This document shows, in pieces, positions 10,630 through 23,445 of a stretch of DNA of 64,000 nucleotides; the stretch's first letter is position 1; each line of letters starts with the position of its first letter. The notes below the pieces were generated by a model that was not told the DNA's origin, ran no database searches, and was given only the letters and a program-made list of their open reading frames with translations. This stretch comes from Mobula hypostoma (Eukaryota), in the NCBI RefSeq assembly GCF_963921235.1, contig NC_086097.1, forward strand, positions 175,090,001 to 175,154,000. The letters run 5' to 3'. Position numbers and translations under genes: made by a program.

Positions 10630-12839
10630 GTGAGTCCCTCCCCGACCGTGGGTTCGTTGGCCTCGGGCCTGGTTCACGTGGAGAGGCGGTGGCGCGCTCC
10701 CGGGCCCGGGAATCGGATCTCGCCCATCTGTCCCTACATAGGCAGTCGGCTCTCCGTTTGGGCCTGAAGAATCCCGGGACCTTGGGAAGGTGGGGCTGTG
10801 ATGGGACAGCGAGTCGGATCAGTACTGAATCCATAAAGGATGATTTTTCTGGCTGTGACCATGCCCATCGTTCCTTTAGCATTTAAAAATATTTCAGAAC
10901 ATGAAACATTTTAGCACAGGTATGGGTTCTTCTGCCTACAACGTCTGCACTGAACATGATACCAAGAAAAAGGAAATGTTTTATGCCTGTACACCATACA
11001 TATTCTGCCATAATCTACATATTTACAAGGTCTTTAACGCCATTAGCAAATCTCCTTCCCTGGCAATCCGTTACTATCAGTCTCTTCAAAAAAAAAGCTT
11101 GCTCTGCACAATTTTAAACTTCACCACTCACAACTTAAATGCATTCCCTTTAGTATTTGATATTGGTTGGCATTATGGAGTTGGGTCAAAAGGCCTGCTT
11201 CTATGCTGTATAACTGGCATTAATACTTGAGATCCAGGATGGGAGTCCCACTGCCGTAGTCGTCGCGGTACTTTGCATATCACTAGCCAAAGACTGCTGA
11301 ATTTTGTCCAAGGCCTCTACTGGTGCAGAATATATTTATTGAGGTAGTCTCAAGCATGTGAGCATTAATTTATGCATAGGGGTGTTTTTTTTGGTGCAAA
11401 ATGTATTAGTAGATTTGACAAAAATATTTATGTGGTTTAAATTGGGTGATTTTTTTTTATTACTTTGTTTGGTCATTGACCTTCAGACTGAATTTAACCA
11501 GGAATCTTGGAAAACTGGTACTGATTTTCCTTGTTAGACCTTCACAAAAAGTGCTAACCTTGTTTGAGGCTAGTGAGGTGAGTTTGAGGCTTCTCTTCTG
11601 AATCCCAAATAGAAGTTATTTCTTACCTACATCAAAGTGTGCAGTGTTTCTCCCAAGGCTTCCCTGAAACTTGTCTAAAAGGCTAATCTTCATCCATCGG
11701 TAGGAATGCAGGAAAAGGCCCAAGGTAATATGTCTGCACTGTACTACTGCCACAAAACACGTTTTGTGCCATATACAACAGTGATAATGCAACAAAGCAA
11801 GTTGAGAGTGACTTATGCTTCACCTTGCAGCCACATGAGGAGTCAGGTCATTAGTCCTGTATTGGAGAAATTAGTGATGAATCTACTGTTTACTTCCACC
11901 ATGTTCCCAGATCCCAATCTCTCGTTTAGATATTGTGTTCATTTTATTTTTTGGTGCCTTCAAATCAATTATATGAAATATAAAAATTTAATTTGCCTGT
12001 GCTGATCTCAGTAGCACCTCTCCACAACCAATAAACAATCCATCTATTTCCTGTTAACCCAGCAACCTTTTCTATCCATGTCCTAAAATCATAGTGATCT
12101 GTTTTTGAGAGCAAAGTCATGCAGATGCTTGAAATTTTTGAATTAAGCCTGTTGACCAAAAGCATCATCTGTTCACTAAGGTTGCATAGCTGGAGTATTT
12201 CCAATTTTTTGATTTTATTGTTTTATGCCCGTTTAATTACTCTTTTGCAAACACGAGGAAATCTGCAGATGCTGGAATTTGAAGCAACATAAGTTGCTGG
12301 TGAATGCAGCACTCTTGGATTATTCTGAATTGTTTAACTTTTCTCCTCTCTGTTATTGAAATGCACTTTATTGTCTGCATGCTTCATAATTGTGGCACCC
12401 TGCATTTGGCCAGATAATTGATACATCACAAAAATTTGAGGAACCTGGCACAACTCTGCAATCCACAACACTCCGTCATCAAAATGTTTGTTGATCATCT
12501 TCCTTTGCATATTATTCCTGAGTCAGCTTTGAATCCAGTTTGTTACATTTGGGTTCTGTGGTCTTCTTGAAATCAAGGGTGTGATCTTTAAAATAGGTTG
12601 TTGCTTAGTCAGGTAGGTCAACAAAGAAAATAGATGGATGAAGAAGATAATATAAGATCGAATAAGGTGGTAGTCTAGCCAGAACTTGTATAAATAGCTA
12701 TTTCTAAGTAGGATAGGCTCAATTAACATAGGTGGTTCTTCATGAGGTATTGGTGTAAAATAGTTAATCTTTGGCTCATACAGTAAAGTTATTGTAAGTT
12801 TGGTTGTACAGAAGCTAAGGGAGCAGATGTCATTAACTT

Positions 12840-13465
12840 AATCAGTTTTATTGTCACTGGCATGTGTCATGAAGATTAATGCAGCAGCAGTACAAGGCAA
12901 TACTTAGTAATATAAGGAAAAAGGTAAATCAATTACTGTAAATGTATATGTGTATTAAATAATTAGATGAAAAAATAGTGCAAAACAAATAATATTTTTA
13001 AAATGAGTTAGTGTTCATGGGTTCAATGTCCATTTAGGAATCTGATGACAGAGGGGAAGAAGCTGTTCCTGAATTGTTGAGTGTGTGTGCCTTCAGTCTT
13101 CTGTACCTCCTTCCTGACAGTAACAGTGAGAAGAGGGCATGGTGATGGATCCTTAATAATTGACGTTGCCTTTCTGAGGCACCATTCCTTGAAGATGTCT
13201 TAGATGTTGACTGATTTTACATCATTTCGTAGCTTCTTTTGGTCCTGTGCAGTAGCCCCCTCCCCCATACCAGATGGTGTTGCAGCCTCGTCAGGGTAAG
13301 TGGACCTGGTACCTCTGTAGAAGTCTTAGTGTTTTAGTTGACAAACCAAATCTCTTCAAACTCCTAATGAAGTAAGCTGCTGGCTTGACTTCTTTATTGC
13401 TGCATTGATATTTTAGGACCAGGTTAGATTCTCAGAGATCTTGACACCCAGGAACTTGAAATTGT
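12840..13465 (-). mobile_element. Rex1/Babar-like LINE 3' end in an RPL30 intron
   Basis: CTGTACCTCCTTCCTGA...GAGAAGAGGGCAT (reverse of HALFSLL.SGRRYR) and GATCTTGACACCCAGGAACTTGAA (reverse of FKFLGVKI). Confidence 0.75.
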
Positions 13466-15108
13466 GACTTAACAGGAAACTGTTAGTGGAAGGGTCATGA
13501 AAGGAATTGAAACTTATTGTCTGAAACCACATATTTGGTAAGCACAAGTGAAAAATGAAGGCCAAGATAAATCTTTACAGGTCACCTGTAGTAATGACAC
13601 CAAGTAAAGTAATTGCAGGCTACTTTGTGGCTCTGATTGGCAAGAGGAAAATGGAAGTTAGAAATGGGGAAATATCCAGAAGGAAGAATGAGTATGACAG
13701 ATTACTGTTCTCTTAATTGCATGGTTTGCTAATTGTAACATTGAGAGTTAATTTGGTACTTTGTATGAGAATTCTGAACAGAGGCCTGAACATGGTAATT
13801 GGGGCAGTTTGGAAATGAGACAACTCTTTGAAAGTGAGGGTGATGCTTGTGATGGTTACTAGTGAAGAAAGCAGGCTTTTTCTTTATGGACTAGAATGAT
13901 CATGGACCATTGTGGTGTTTAGTTTGAAGGGAAAAGGACTATTGATGTAGCCAAGACTGGTGGTGAAGGGCCAATCCTAGCTGTTTTGCCTCACCTGTTG
14001 TGAATTGAGTTGGGCTGCCTGTAAAACTAGTGTAAGAGTGGGTGGTGACAGACAGCAGGAGTAGCCAAGTCCTTCAAGTCACCTCTCAGTCACATCCTTG
14101 ACAACACTTCATCATGCTCTTCCCAGGCACCTTCACTTTGTAGTTCACATTTCTGTTAAACTGTTCATTGAAGATACTAATGATTTTTCCTCCTCAGTTT
14201 TATGGTATAGAGAATTCCAAAGTTTCATTAATCTTCAAGGAAAGAAATTCCTGCTCATCTGTATTAAACAGACAGTGCTTATTCTGAAATAATGCTACCA
14301 AATTCTGAAACCTCTGCTGGGGAGACAGCTTCTCACAATTCACGCTATTAACAGCCCTTGAGTTCTTGTTTCAATAATCCGTCTTTCTTGCAAGTTACGG
14401 TGGATGTACATTGCTTCAAGTCACCCCATTTGTTCGAGAAATCAGATACGTAAATCTTTCTAGCCCAGTGCATTAATAGGGTTAGGACATCCAAAGTAGA
14501 TACAGAAGTGGTGATTGAGAGTTTGATAACTGCAGAAGTTACCTGTATGTTTAGGGTATGAGGGAGCTGGGTTAGTGGCTTCCCTATCGATTTCTTTCCA
14601 GGCACGATGGGTCCAATGATGTAAGGAATCGTTTTTTTTTGTGTGTATTAAACATACTGGCTAGGATCTTAATAAGCCATAGTTACTGTTCATAGTGTTG
14701 ACACATCTGGCAAAAGGCCCATCTCTGGTTGGTTGTAACCTTGTCCAGCAACAAGATCCTTGTGAGGTAATATTAAGGCCCTGCTGCAGGCACTTACTTG
14801 TTAAGCTTAGAAAGGTGGAAAAGTTGGTGGTTTTGCACGCCAGAAGGCATTATAGTTTTAAAATAACTAGAATTTGGAGCAATTAAGTCATGTAAAATAG
14901 CAGTATAGACTAAAAATAATGACATTTCCTAAAGTTCTGTTCGAAATTGGATGTATATCTGAGGACAATAACTTATTAGATTTCATCTCTGAATTTTGAC
15001 GGATATCAGCCATCAAACCATTGAAGTACTTCAGGTGCCTTGGAGTTGGTTGAGCATTCTGTTTTGCATTTTTGATTGTTTTGGTAGTTAAAGTGACATT
15101 TTTTTTAA

Positions 15109-15261
<153 letters not shown>

Positions 15262-15734
15262 TGAGTTACAGCATTTTGAGATGAATAACACAATATATCA
15301 TATGTTAGTTGTTTTTGTCTCATTTTTGACATTGTTGCAATTTAGAAACAAAAACAAAATTCTCAGCACTTGGAGTGAGAAATACATGTTGAATGCCCAC
15401 TGAACTTTCAAAAGTCACAAATAAATTATTTAAAACTGTGGAGAGGGAGGTGAAGTAGAACAACAACAAGCTGCCTGTGATAGGATGAAGATCTGGGAAG
15501 ATTGAATAGTGCAGTGGTGGTAATGCTCAGTCAAGTGGTGTTATGGGGATAATAAAAGGCCTCACTGCAAGAACAGTACATGGAAGAGTACAAATTCTCA
15601 AGTTACTAGAAAAGGGGAAAATGGTAGAGGTAAAAAGAGGAAAAGACCCATGAGTTACTGAAATTACAAAGTGCTTATCTAACAGCATCTGAGAGAGGAT
15701 CAGCAGGAACATTTCAAAGATAAAAGATACTCTT

Positions 15735-16733
15735 TTAAAGATTTAAGATCTCTGTATTTAGCAGTATTCATCTTTCCATCAACCCTGACTGGATTTCCAG
15801 TCCCTGCTGCTGAAGAGGATCCCCATAGGGATGGTGTTCCCTGGCTGATTAGATTTGTGCCACACATACTGCCTTGAGTTGAGACCACATGGTTCCACTT
15901 TGGTCTCATCTGACTATAAGATCTTTTTCCGCATCTTTACAGTATCTTCTAAGAGATGCTTTGCAAAATCTTTATGGGTAAGGATGTGCTTTTTTTAAGC
16001 CAGGGCTTCTTCCTTGCCACTGTTCTGTTTTTGTGCAAGGCTTTAAAGATTGTGGAGCCATGAACTTCATCTCCAGTTGCAGCCACTGACTTCTGCAGCT
16101 CACTGAATGAGTGTTGGCATCACAGTAGCCTGACTTATAAATGCCATTCTTCCTTGGAGACTGAAGTTTGGAGGAGTGGCCTGACCTAGGTAGTGTGGCC
16201 GTGGTTTCATATATTTTCCATTTTTTTTTTCATAATGCACTGCACTGAGCTGCGAGGTATGTTCAGTGCCTTTAAGATGGTCTTGTACCCTTTCCAGATT
16301 TCTGCTTCTCTTATCATTTCCTTGATTTGTCTTGAATGCTGTTTTGTCTTTTTGGTTTCGTCTGTTGAAAATTTACCATACTGTTATACCTTTTTTGGGG
16401 GGGGGGGGTGTTGTTTAGTCTTATGAATTCATTGAAAACAGGTGATGCTCCAATTTTCTACATCAACAAGTTGGTAAGGTAATACTGTATATTGCACCTG
16501 AGGAAAGTTGGCGTAATTGCAGAAAGGATTACAAAAGGACCTCACATAACTTATGGTTTTTAATCTTTAGTAAACTGTTGACAGGCTTTGAATTTTTTCT
16601 TTTGACTTAACATGATGCACAATGTCTTGTCAATTAGCTCAAACAAATCCTACTTACATAAATTTTAAATTTAGAAAATGAGACAGTAAATTGTGGAAAT
16701 AGTTGGGGCTGAATGCTTTCTCGAGACTCTGTA
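15735..16733 (-). mobile_element. Tc1-type transposon remnant with decayed transposase
   Basis: Minus-strand motifs KKIL*SDETKVE and SAAGTGNPVRVDGKMNTAKYRDL; Tc1-like TACAG...GAAAGCATTCAG terminus near 16733. Confidence 0.8.
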
Positions 16734-16745
16734 GATTCAGATATA

Positions 16746-17568
16746 CAGGTGTCCCCCGCTTTCTGAACGTTCTCTTTATGACATTTCGCTTTTATGAAAA
16801 AAGACGCTTGCTTTAAACTTGTGTTTACCTGGAGAAAGACTACCATGACCATGAAGCCTTGTGTGAACAGGTGTGTGCGCATGTGTGACGTGCACATGCG
16901 TGTACTTGCGGATTTTTTTTTTGGACAATTCGTAAGGCCAGTGATGATGTGGGGATGGAACTGGACTCTGAAGGTGGTGTCTGAAAAGAGGATGCTGTCC
17001 AAGTTGCATGCCATCTTGGACAATGTCTCCCATCCACTACATAATGTACTGGGTGGGCACAGGAGTACATTCAGCCAGAGACTCATTCCACCGAGATGCA
17101 ACACAGAGTGTCATAGGAAGTCATTCCTGCCTGTGGCCATCAAACTTTACAACTCCTCCCTGAGCCAGTAGGCTGGTCCTGGACTTATTTCCTGGCATAA
17201 TTTACATATTACTATTTAATTATTTATGGTGCAACTGTAATGAAAACCAATTTCCCTTGGGATCAATAAAGTATGACTGTGACAAATTGATTTTGGCTCA
17301 AACTTCCTGATTCTGTTAAGTGAAACTACACTGTACATACCTTATTTCTACTTTATATAGGCTGTGTATTTATCATATCATTCCTGCTTTTACTATATGT
17401 TAGTGATTTTAGATTTTATGTGCTTTTTGGTAGGCTATTTTTTGGGTCTGGGAATGCTCAAAAAATTTCCCATATAAATTACTGGTAATTGCTTCTTTGC
17501 TTTATGCCATTTCGGCTTATGAACGGTTTCACGGGAACGCTCTATATTCGGATAGCGGGAGAAACCTA
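16746..17568. mobile_element. Tc1/mariner (Tigger/pogo-like) MITE with TA TSD
   Basis: TA-CAGGTGTCCCCCGCTTTCTGAA...TTCGGATAGCGGGAGAAACCTA-TA imperfect TIRs. Confidence 0.7.
16937..17283 (+). mobile_element. Rex1/Babar LINE 3' end nested in the MITE
   Basis: LHAILDNVSHPLHNVL..RSTFSQRLIPPRCNTECHRKSFLPVAIKLYN with a GGGATCAATAAAGTATGA tail; a related copy is at about 48540-48805. Confidence 0.8.
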
Positions 17569-18169
17569 TATTCTTTGATTATAGAGAATAAGCCTGAATG
17601 CGGTAATGCCAGTGCAGTCTTGCCTGCATTCTGTAAAGTAGTATTAAAACCTCCTTAATTTTATACTCCATACTCTAGTAAAGGCCAACATTACTCGGCC
17701 TTCACAATTAGTTGGTGTCACCAGCAAATTTGACTGCAGTGCACCCATTTTCTTGTGCACTCGAGTCTTTAATATCAATTGTAAATAGTTCATTAATGAA
17801 GTTCAGTTTAGAATTCAGAAATTGGTAGTATGGAAAGACCTCCACTGATTTGGCTGTTGTGGGGAATTGACTTAAAATTTCTATTTTGTATTGCACTTCG
17901 GTGTTAATTTTAGCATTCATGGTATAAGTTACAAATGGTACATTATCATGACTGCGTGGTAAGCAACTCTACCTGCGTATGTTGGTATGTAATTTATACC
18001 AACAAAGCAGATTGATGTCTTTGCTTCCGTTATGTAATATCATGTTAAAATATTTCAAATGAAGAAATTAACTTCAGATATAAAGCCTGGTCAATTTGTC
18101 ATTCACGTGTAGTTGGTACATTTTGCTTTTTGCTTTCCATTGGGCTAATTGGCAGTCTTGTATTGATAG

Positions 18170-18394
<225 letters not shown>

Positions 18395-18470
18395 TGAATT
18401 CTGTAATCCAGTGTGTTAAAACTGCATGTGGTAATAGCTCTTGCACAGTTAATTATTAGTTACTGTGTTA

Positions 18471-18601
18471 TTGCGAATATTCTCGCTGGCTTGATTTTAA
18501 TTTCTAGTCAAGTCAGGCTAGTCATTCGCTAGATTAATGCTGTGTTTATAGTCCACAGAACTGTTTACCAAGTTCTGTTGTAATATTTGCCAGCGACAAC
18601 T
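18471..18601 (+). ncRNA. SNORA72: H/ACA box snoRNA SNORA72 (U72), guide for 5.8S rRNA pseudouridine 55
   Basis: Lies in the last RPL30 intron, the known host. 5' end TGCGAATATTCTCGCTG matches recalled human U72. Upper stem CTGGCTTGATT/AGTCAAGTCAG; H box AGATTA (18531-18536); second stem ACAGAACT/AGTTCTGT; ACA box 18596-18598. Pocket strands ATTCTCG and GCTAG pair with 5.8S CUAGC-U55-G-CGAGAAU, 14 nt from the H box. Confidence 0.93.
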
Positions 18602-18788
18602 TGGTTTATTGCATTATGCCATGAAACTGTCTGGTCTATGGGGCAAAAGCTTTAGTTGCAAAAGGAATCAAACAAATGTAAATGGGTTTGAGTTGCTTGC
18701 TATGCTTTTTTTTTCCCTGTATAATTACCTGCTTAGCTGATGGAGAACGGTGAAATTAATTTGCCATTTAATGGTTCTTTTCTTTCAG

Positions 18789-18838
18789 GTGATTCTGACA
18801 TCATCAGAAGTATGCCGGAACAGATCAGTGAGAAATAA
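18789..18838 (+). CDS. RPL30: RPL30 last coding exon: (G)DSDIIRSMPEQISEK*
   Basis: TTTCTTTCAG| acceptor, TAA at 18836-18838. Exons total 21+146+131+50=348 nt = 115 aa + stop. Confidence 0.97.
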
Positions 18839-18866
18839 ATTGCTTATGACACTGAAATATTTTACA

Positions 18867-18872
18867 AATAAA
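18867..18872 (+). terminator. RPL30 polyadenylation signal AATAAA
   Basis: AATAAA about 30 nt after the stop, followed by a T-rich downstream element. A second AATAAA overlaps the stop codon (18834-18839). Confidence 0.75.
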
Positions 18873-20479
18873 GGCGTTCAGTAAAAAGACAAAACTGTTT
18901 CAAGTTTTTAATAGCGTGCTCCAAATTTACACTTGGGATTTTCACAGGAAAGTCAACACATTTATTGAAGGTGCATTCCCCTTGAGATTCACTTAATCCA
19001 GTAATTTGATTTGATGACTCCTTGTGTCTTGGCATAGAGTTGTGCTAAGTAAAAGTTTCAGTGCAATATATAGACTTTACAGCATCTGTTCTCAAATGGA
19101 AAGGGGGGAGAGATGGAAACACCATTAACCCAATTAGGAAACATAACATAATCTGTCAAGTTACATAGTCCCCATTTAGAATGGGGGAAAGGGCAAATGT
19201 TTATTTTAGTTGCTCCCACTGGGCTGTGACATACTTTTCAGCATTCAGTCTTTTCATCACTTCATCCAGTGGATTCTGGTTATGGAGTGGGAGTTTTTTT
19301 TAAAAAATAAAGCCTGTATCCCAAAACTGAATAAAACCTAGGTTACATTTTAAATGCAAAGATCAGTTAATTCAGATTGTGATTTTAGAATCGATGAACA
19401 CAACTGCCTTCACATTGGAAATTTATTGGTTGTTTCTACATGATGGTTCTATAAATATGATTACGGATCTAAAATGCCTTTAGTTAAGATCTGAAGCAAA
19501 ACATGGCTCTAATGGAGCTGCTGTAAATGGTTGCAGGGATACATGTGAAATATTTCAGATGCACAAGTCTGAAGAATTAATTGGAGCAGAATAAAGGATT
19601 GTTAAAGCAAGTAGAATATGCATTAACATGACAAAGTTGAGAAGCAAGTTGTCAGCTAAATCAAAATGATATTAATGAAAAGAATATGCTGCAATAATGT
19701 AGCAGGCTGAAGGTTAAGACACAAAATTGGATGTGTTATTTTGGGGCATCCAAAGTGTCTGGGACTAAGTGTGCTCCCAGTAGGTAAGATGAAACAAAGG
19801 ACTGTTGCTGAAGCAAAAGATGTTTTTGACAGAATGCTAGATAATGTGGGTGGGTCCTTTACAAGAGGTTGTTCTTTTTGCAGGAAAATAAAAAAGGGTC
19901 ATAAGGAATAGCTCAATCTGTAAATAAAGAAACAGGGCTAGTGATAACTTTTCAGGGTCTGGGGATAGGATGGCCGTTGTGGGGTCAAAGAGAAGATGTG
20001 CATCAACAAAAGCAAACATGACCAAGAAAGTATAAATGAGTGCACAAACAACCAGAAAGAGAACTTCCGGTCAGCAGGAAGATAAAATGCTTTGCAGTTA
20101 TTTGGAGAGTGAACCTCATTTCAACACTAGTTATTTCTTTGTACTGGATGCAATATAAAGCTTGCACCACAGCTGATGCAGGCATATTGCTTCCTATAGT
20201 TGTGAGCAAGTCTTTGTTTTAATTTTGAAAAGTAGTAACTGAACTTAGCAATGCTTGCTTAACCAGCTGATCTCTTCCCACCAATCGATTGGATTTTTAA
20301 ATACTGCTCAAAGAAACTTCTGAAAGTCTTTTTATGTAAGAATCAGATTCTTTCTGAGGAAATTCTGACCCCTTTCACCGTGGGCTAACCCAGTCCTCTG
20401 GGCATTCCTTATAGGGAGGTGGTGAGTGAAAGTGGGAGTAAGTGGTCAAAATGACAGGGTTGGTGTATGAGCAGTGTTT

Positions 20480-20900
20480 GGGTCTTGGCTTGTACTCACC
20501 AGTTTAGAACAATGAGGAAGGATCTCATTAAAACCCAGGAAATATTGAAATGCCTATATAGAATGGGTGTGGAGAGGATATTTCCTATAGTGGGGGAGTC
20601 TAGGACCGGAGGGCACAGCCCCAGAATAGAAATATGTCCCTTTAGAAAAGAGATGAGGTGTAATTTTTTTAGCTGAGGGTGGGGAATCTATGGATTTCAC
20701 CATCACAGACAGTTGTAGAAGCCAGGTCATTGAGTATGTTTAACGTGGAGGCGGATAGGTTCTTAACTAGTAGGCGTCAAATATTATGGGGAGAAGGCAG
20801 GAGAATGGGGTTGAAGGATAATAAATCAGCAATGAATGAATGGCAGAGTACTTGATGGACTGAATGGCCTGAATTGCGTCCTAAGTTTTATTGCCTCATT
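20480..20900 (+). mobile_element. CR1-clade LINE 3' fragment
   Basis: RKDLIKT...GESRTGGHS...EMRCNFFS motif and CR1-type 3' UTR. Confidence 0.75.
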
Positions 20901-22149
20901 GGCAGTGGATTGATAATTAGCGTAACATTCGAGTGGTCAAATAAACCTCCATTTACGTGCAAAGCTTCTCAAAAGTTCACCTCTATTTTGAGGAACTGAG
21001 CTCCATATTTGTTTTTGCAGGTAAGTAGAATCTGTTGAAACTAAACTTTATTTCCAGGCTATAAAGGTATGAAACTTGTAATGGGAGTATAGAGGTCTTG
21101 CGGTATCAAGCTTTTGATGAGAATTAGCTGTGTGCTGCTGGGGTGAGAAAAGTGAAGCCTTCCAAAGTGCCCCATGAATTGTTTACTTCAACTCTGTTTT
21201 TATGTCTGCTTCTTTCCTTGTACCAAGGCAACAAATATTTCATGGTAAAGGTGGGAGCTGGACCACTACCTCTTCATGGTGACTTGGAGTTCAGTCTTTC
21301 ACAAATAGAGATGCTCAACACTTAGCCGCCTTTGCCCAGGCAATTTAAGAGTTTGTCTAGACACCTCAATGCTGTTTGCTTCTGTTTCAACCACACGGGC
21401 AGTGCACTCATGTACTTGCCACCCCATCCCTTTTAAAATCTTCTCTCTCCCCAAACCCCCCCCCACCCTTTACCCTGAATCAATTAAAAAACAACTACAT
21501 ACATTTTATTCATTTACAGTTTTCTGGGTGCCCTTTATTATCTCTTAAATCTTTTCTCCCTTATCTTAACCCTATGTTTCCTAGTTCTATCTACCTCGAA
21601 GACCTGTTTGATTTATTTGTACTGCACTTGGTTTCATTGCCACCCCAATGACTTCTCAGTGATTGGTTCATCCCTATGCCTCACTGTCATGATCCCACAT
21701 GTATAACCACTGTAATATGAGAAGACGTGCATAATAAATGTGGTTGATGGATGCTTGACAGTGAAACACAATCTCAATTTTGCACAATAAAGGATATATT
21801 TGTTGGTTAATCTTTGGATTTCTACATTAGCTTGAATCTGAAAAGCCATAACTGCTTAGCACTTGCATTGATCCCTAATTGTTGGATTTCCTGTAAGCAA
21901 TTCAAAAACATGGATTGCAGACAGTCCTTGAATTACAGCAATGTTCTGAGAACTGTTCATAAGTGTGTGTGGAAGAGTCACAAAGAAAGTAGTGACAAGA
22001 AACAGCAAGCGTGGAAGAGTGGCTGCCAGCCAGCCTCACTGACTGAGTGAGTGAGTGTGCTCAATGTTTTTTGTTCAAATGGGTGGGAGAGAAAATAACT
22101 GCCCCACTCCCATCTGGCAGAAACTGCCAGTCGCAAGCAAATCTATCCC

Positions 22150-23445
22150 ACACAAAATGCTGGAGGAAGTTGGCAGGCCAAGCACCATCTATGGAAAAGA
22201 GTACAGTCGATGTTTCGGGCTGAGACCCTTCATCAGGACAGGAGAAAAAAGATGGAAGGTCAGGGTAAGAAGGTGGGGGAGGGGAGAAAGAAGTACAAAG
22301 CACTGTAGGTGATTTGTGAAACCGGGAAAGGTGAAGTAAAGAGCTGGGAAGTAGATTGGTGAAAGGTAAAGGGCTGGGGGGTGGCATTACCAGAAGTTGG
22401 AAGAATCATTCTAGAACTAAGGAGATGTCCTCCAAAGAAAGGGGCTTCCCTTCCTCCACCATCAACACTGCCCTCACCCAACCCCCACCAGCCTTTACGT
22501 CCAGCACATTAATTCTCCATAACTTCTGCTATCTCCAACAGGATCCCACCACCAAGCACATCTCTCCACCCCTGCCACTTTCTGCTTTCTGCAGAGATTG
22601 CTCCTTATATGATTTCCTGTCTATTTGTGCCTCTCACTGATCTCCCTCATGGCACTTGCCCTTGCAAGTGGAACAGGTGCTAAACCTACCCCTACGTTGT
22701 CTTCCTTACTACTATTCAGGGCCTCAAACAGTCCTTCCAGGTGAGGTGACACCAACTATGAGTCTGTTGGGGTCATCTACTGTATCCAGTGCACCCAGTG
22801 TGGCCACCCATATGTTGGTGAGACCCAATGTAGATTGGGAGGCCACTTCGCTGAGCAGCTTCACTTTGCCACAAAAAGTGGGATTTCCTGGTGGCCACCC
22901 ATTTGAGTTACACTTCCCATTCACATCCTGATGTGTCAGTCCGTGGCCTCTACTGCCAGGATGAGGCCACACTCAGGTTGGAGGAGCAACACCTTGTATT
23001 CTGTCTGGGCAATTTCCAACCTGATGACATGAACATTCAGTAATGGTCCCTCCCCTATCCTTCCCCATTCTCATTCTCATTTCACTTTCATCTTATCTCC
23101 TTACCTGCCCATCACCTCCCTCTGGTGCTCCTCCCCCTTCCCTTTCTTCCATGGCCTTCTGTCCTCTCCTATCAGATTCCCCCTTCTCCAGCCTTTTACC
23201 TCTTTAACTAATCGATTTCCACGCTCTTTAATTCGTCCCTCCCTCGTCCCAGTTTCACCAAACACCTACTACCTTGTACTACTTCCTCCCCTCCCCCACC
23301 TTCACTCTGACCTCCCATCTTTTTTCTTAAGCTCTGATGAAGGGTCTCGGCCCAAAATGTTGACTACTCTTCTATAGTTGCTGACTGGCCTGCTGAGTTC
23401 CTCCAGCATTTTGTGCGTATTGCTTGGATTTCAGCATCTGCAGAC
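22150..23445 (+). mobile_element. Penelope-like element: inverted terminal repeat, GIY-YIG remnant, direct terminal repeat
   Basis: GVIYCIQCTQCGHPYVGET (GIY-YIG) near 22770-22825. The terminal repeat is on - at 22150-22380 and on + at about 23050-23445, each with a hammerhead-like motif. Confidence 0.85.

Larger units (their letters stand above)
10330..10760 (+). promoter_or_regulatory. CpG island / RPL30 promoter with TCT/5'TOP initiator
   Basis: High CpG density in a CpG-poor window. Pyrimidine tract CCTTTCCTTTCTCTCTCC (10447-10464) is followed by YY1-like GCCATATTG. Upstream are an NRF1-like GCCCATGCGCA, TCTCGCGA and a ZNF143-like GGGATTGTGGGA. Confidence 0.85.

Noticed and set aside
10568..10886. 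ORFs overlapping the RPL30 start
   Set aside because: GC-rich CpG-island artefacts with no recognisable domain.
11615..11710. Minus-strand G|GTAAGA donor with a short open frame inside an RPL30 intron
   Set aside because: No recognisable product or clear acceptor; such motifs arise by chance.
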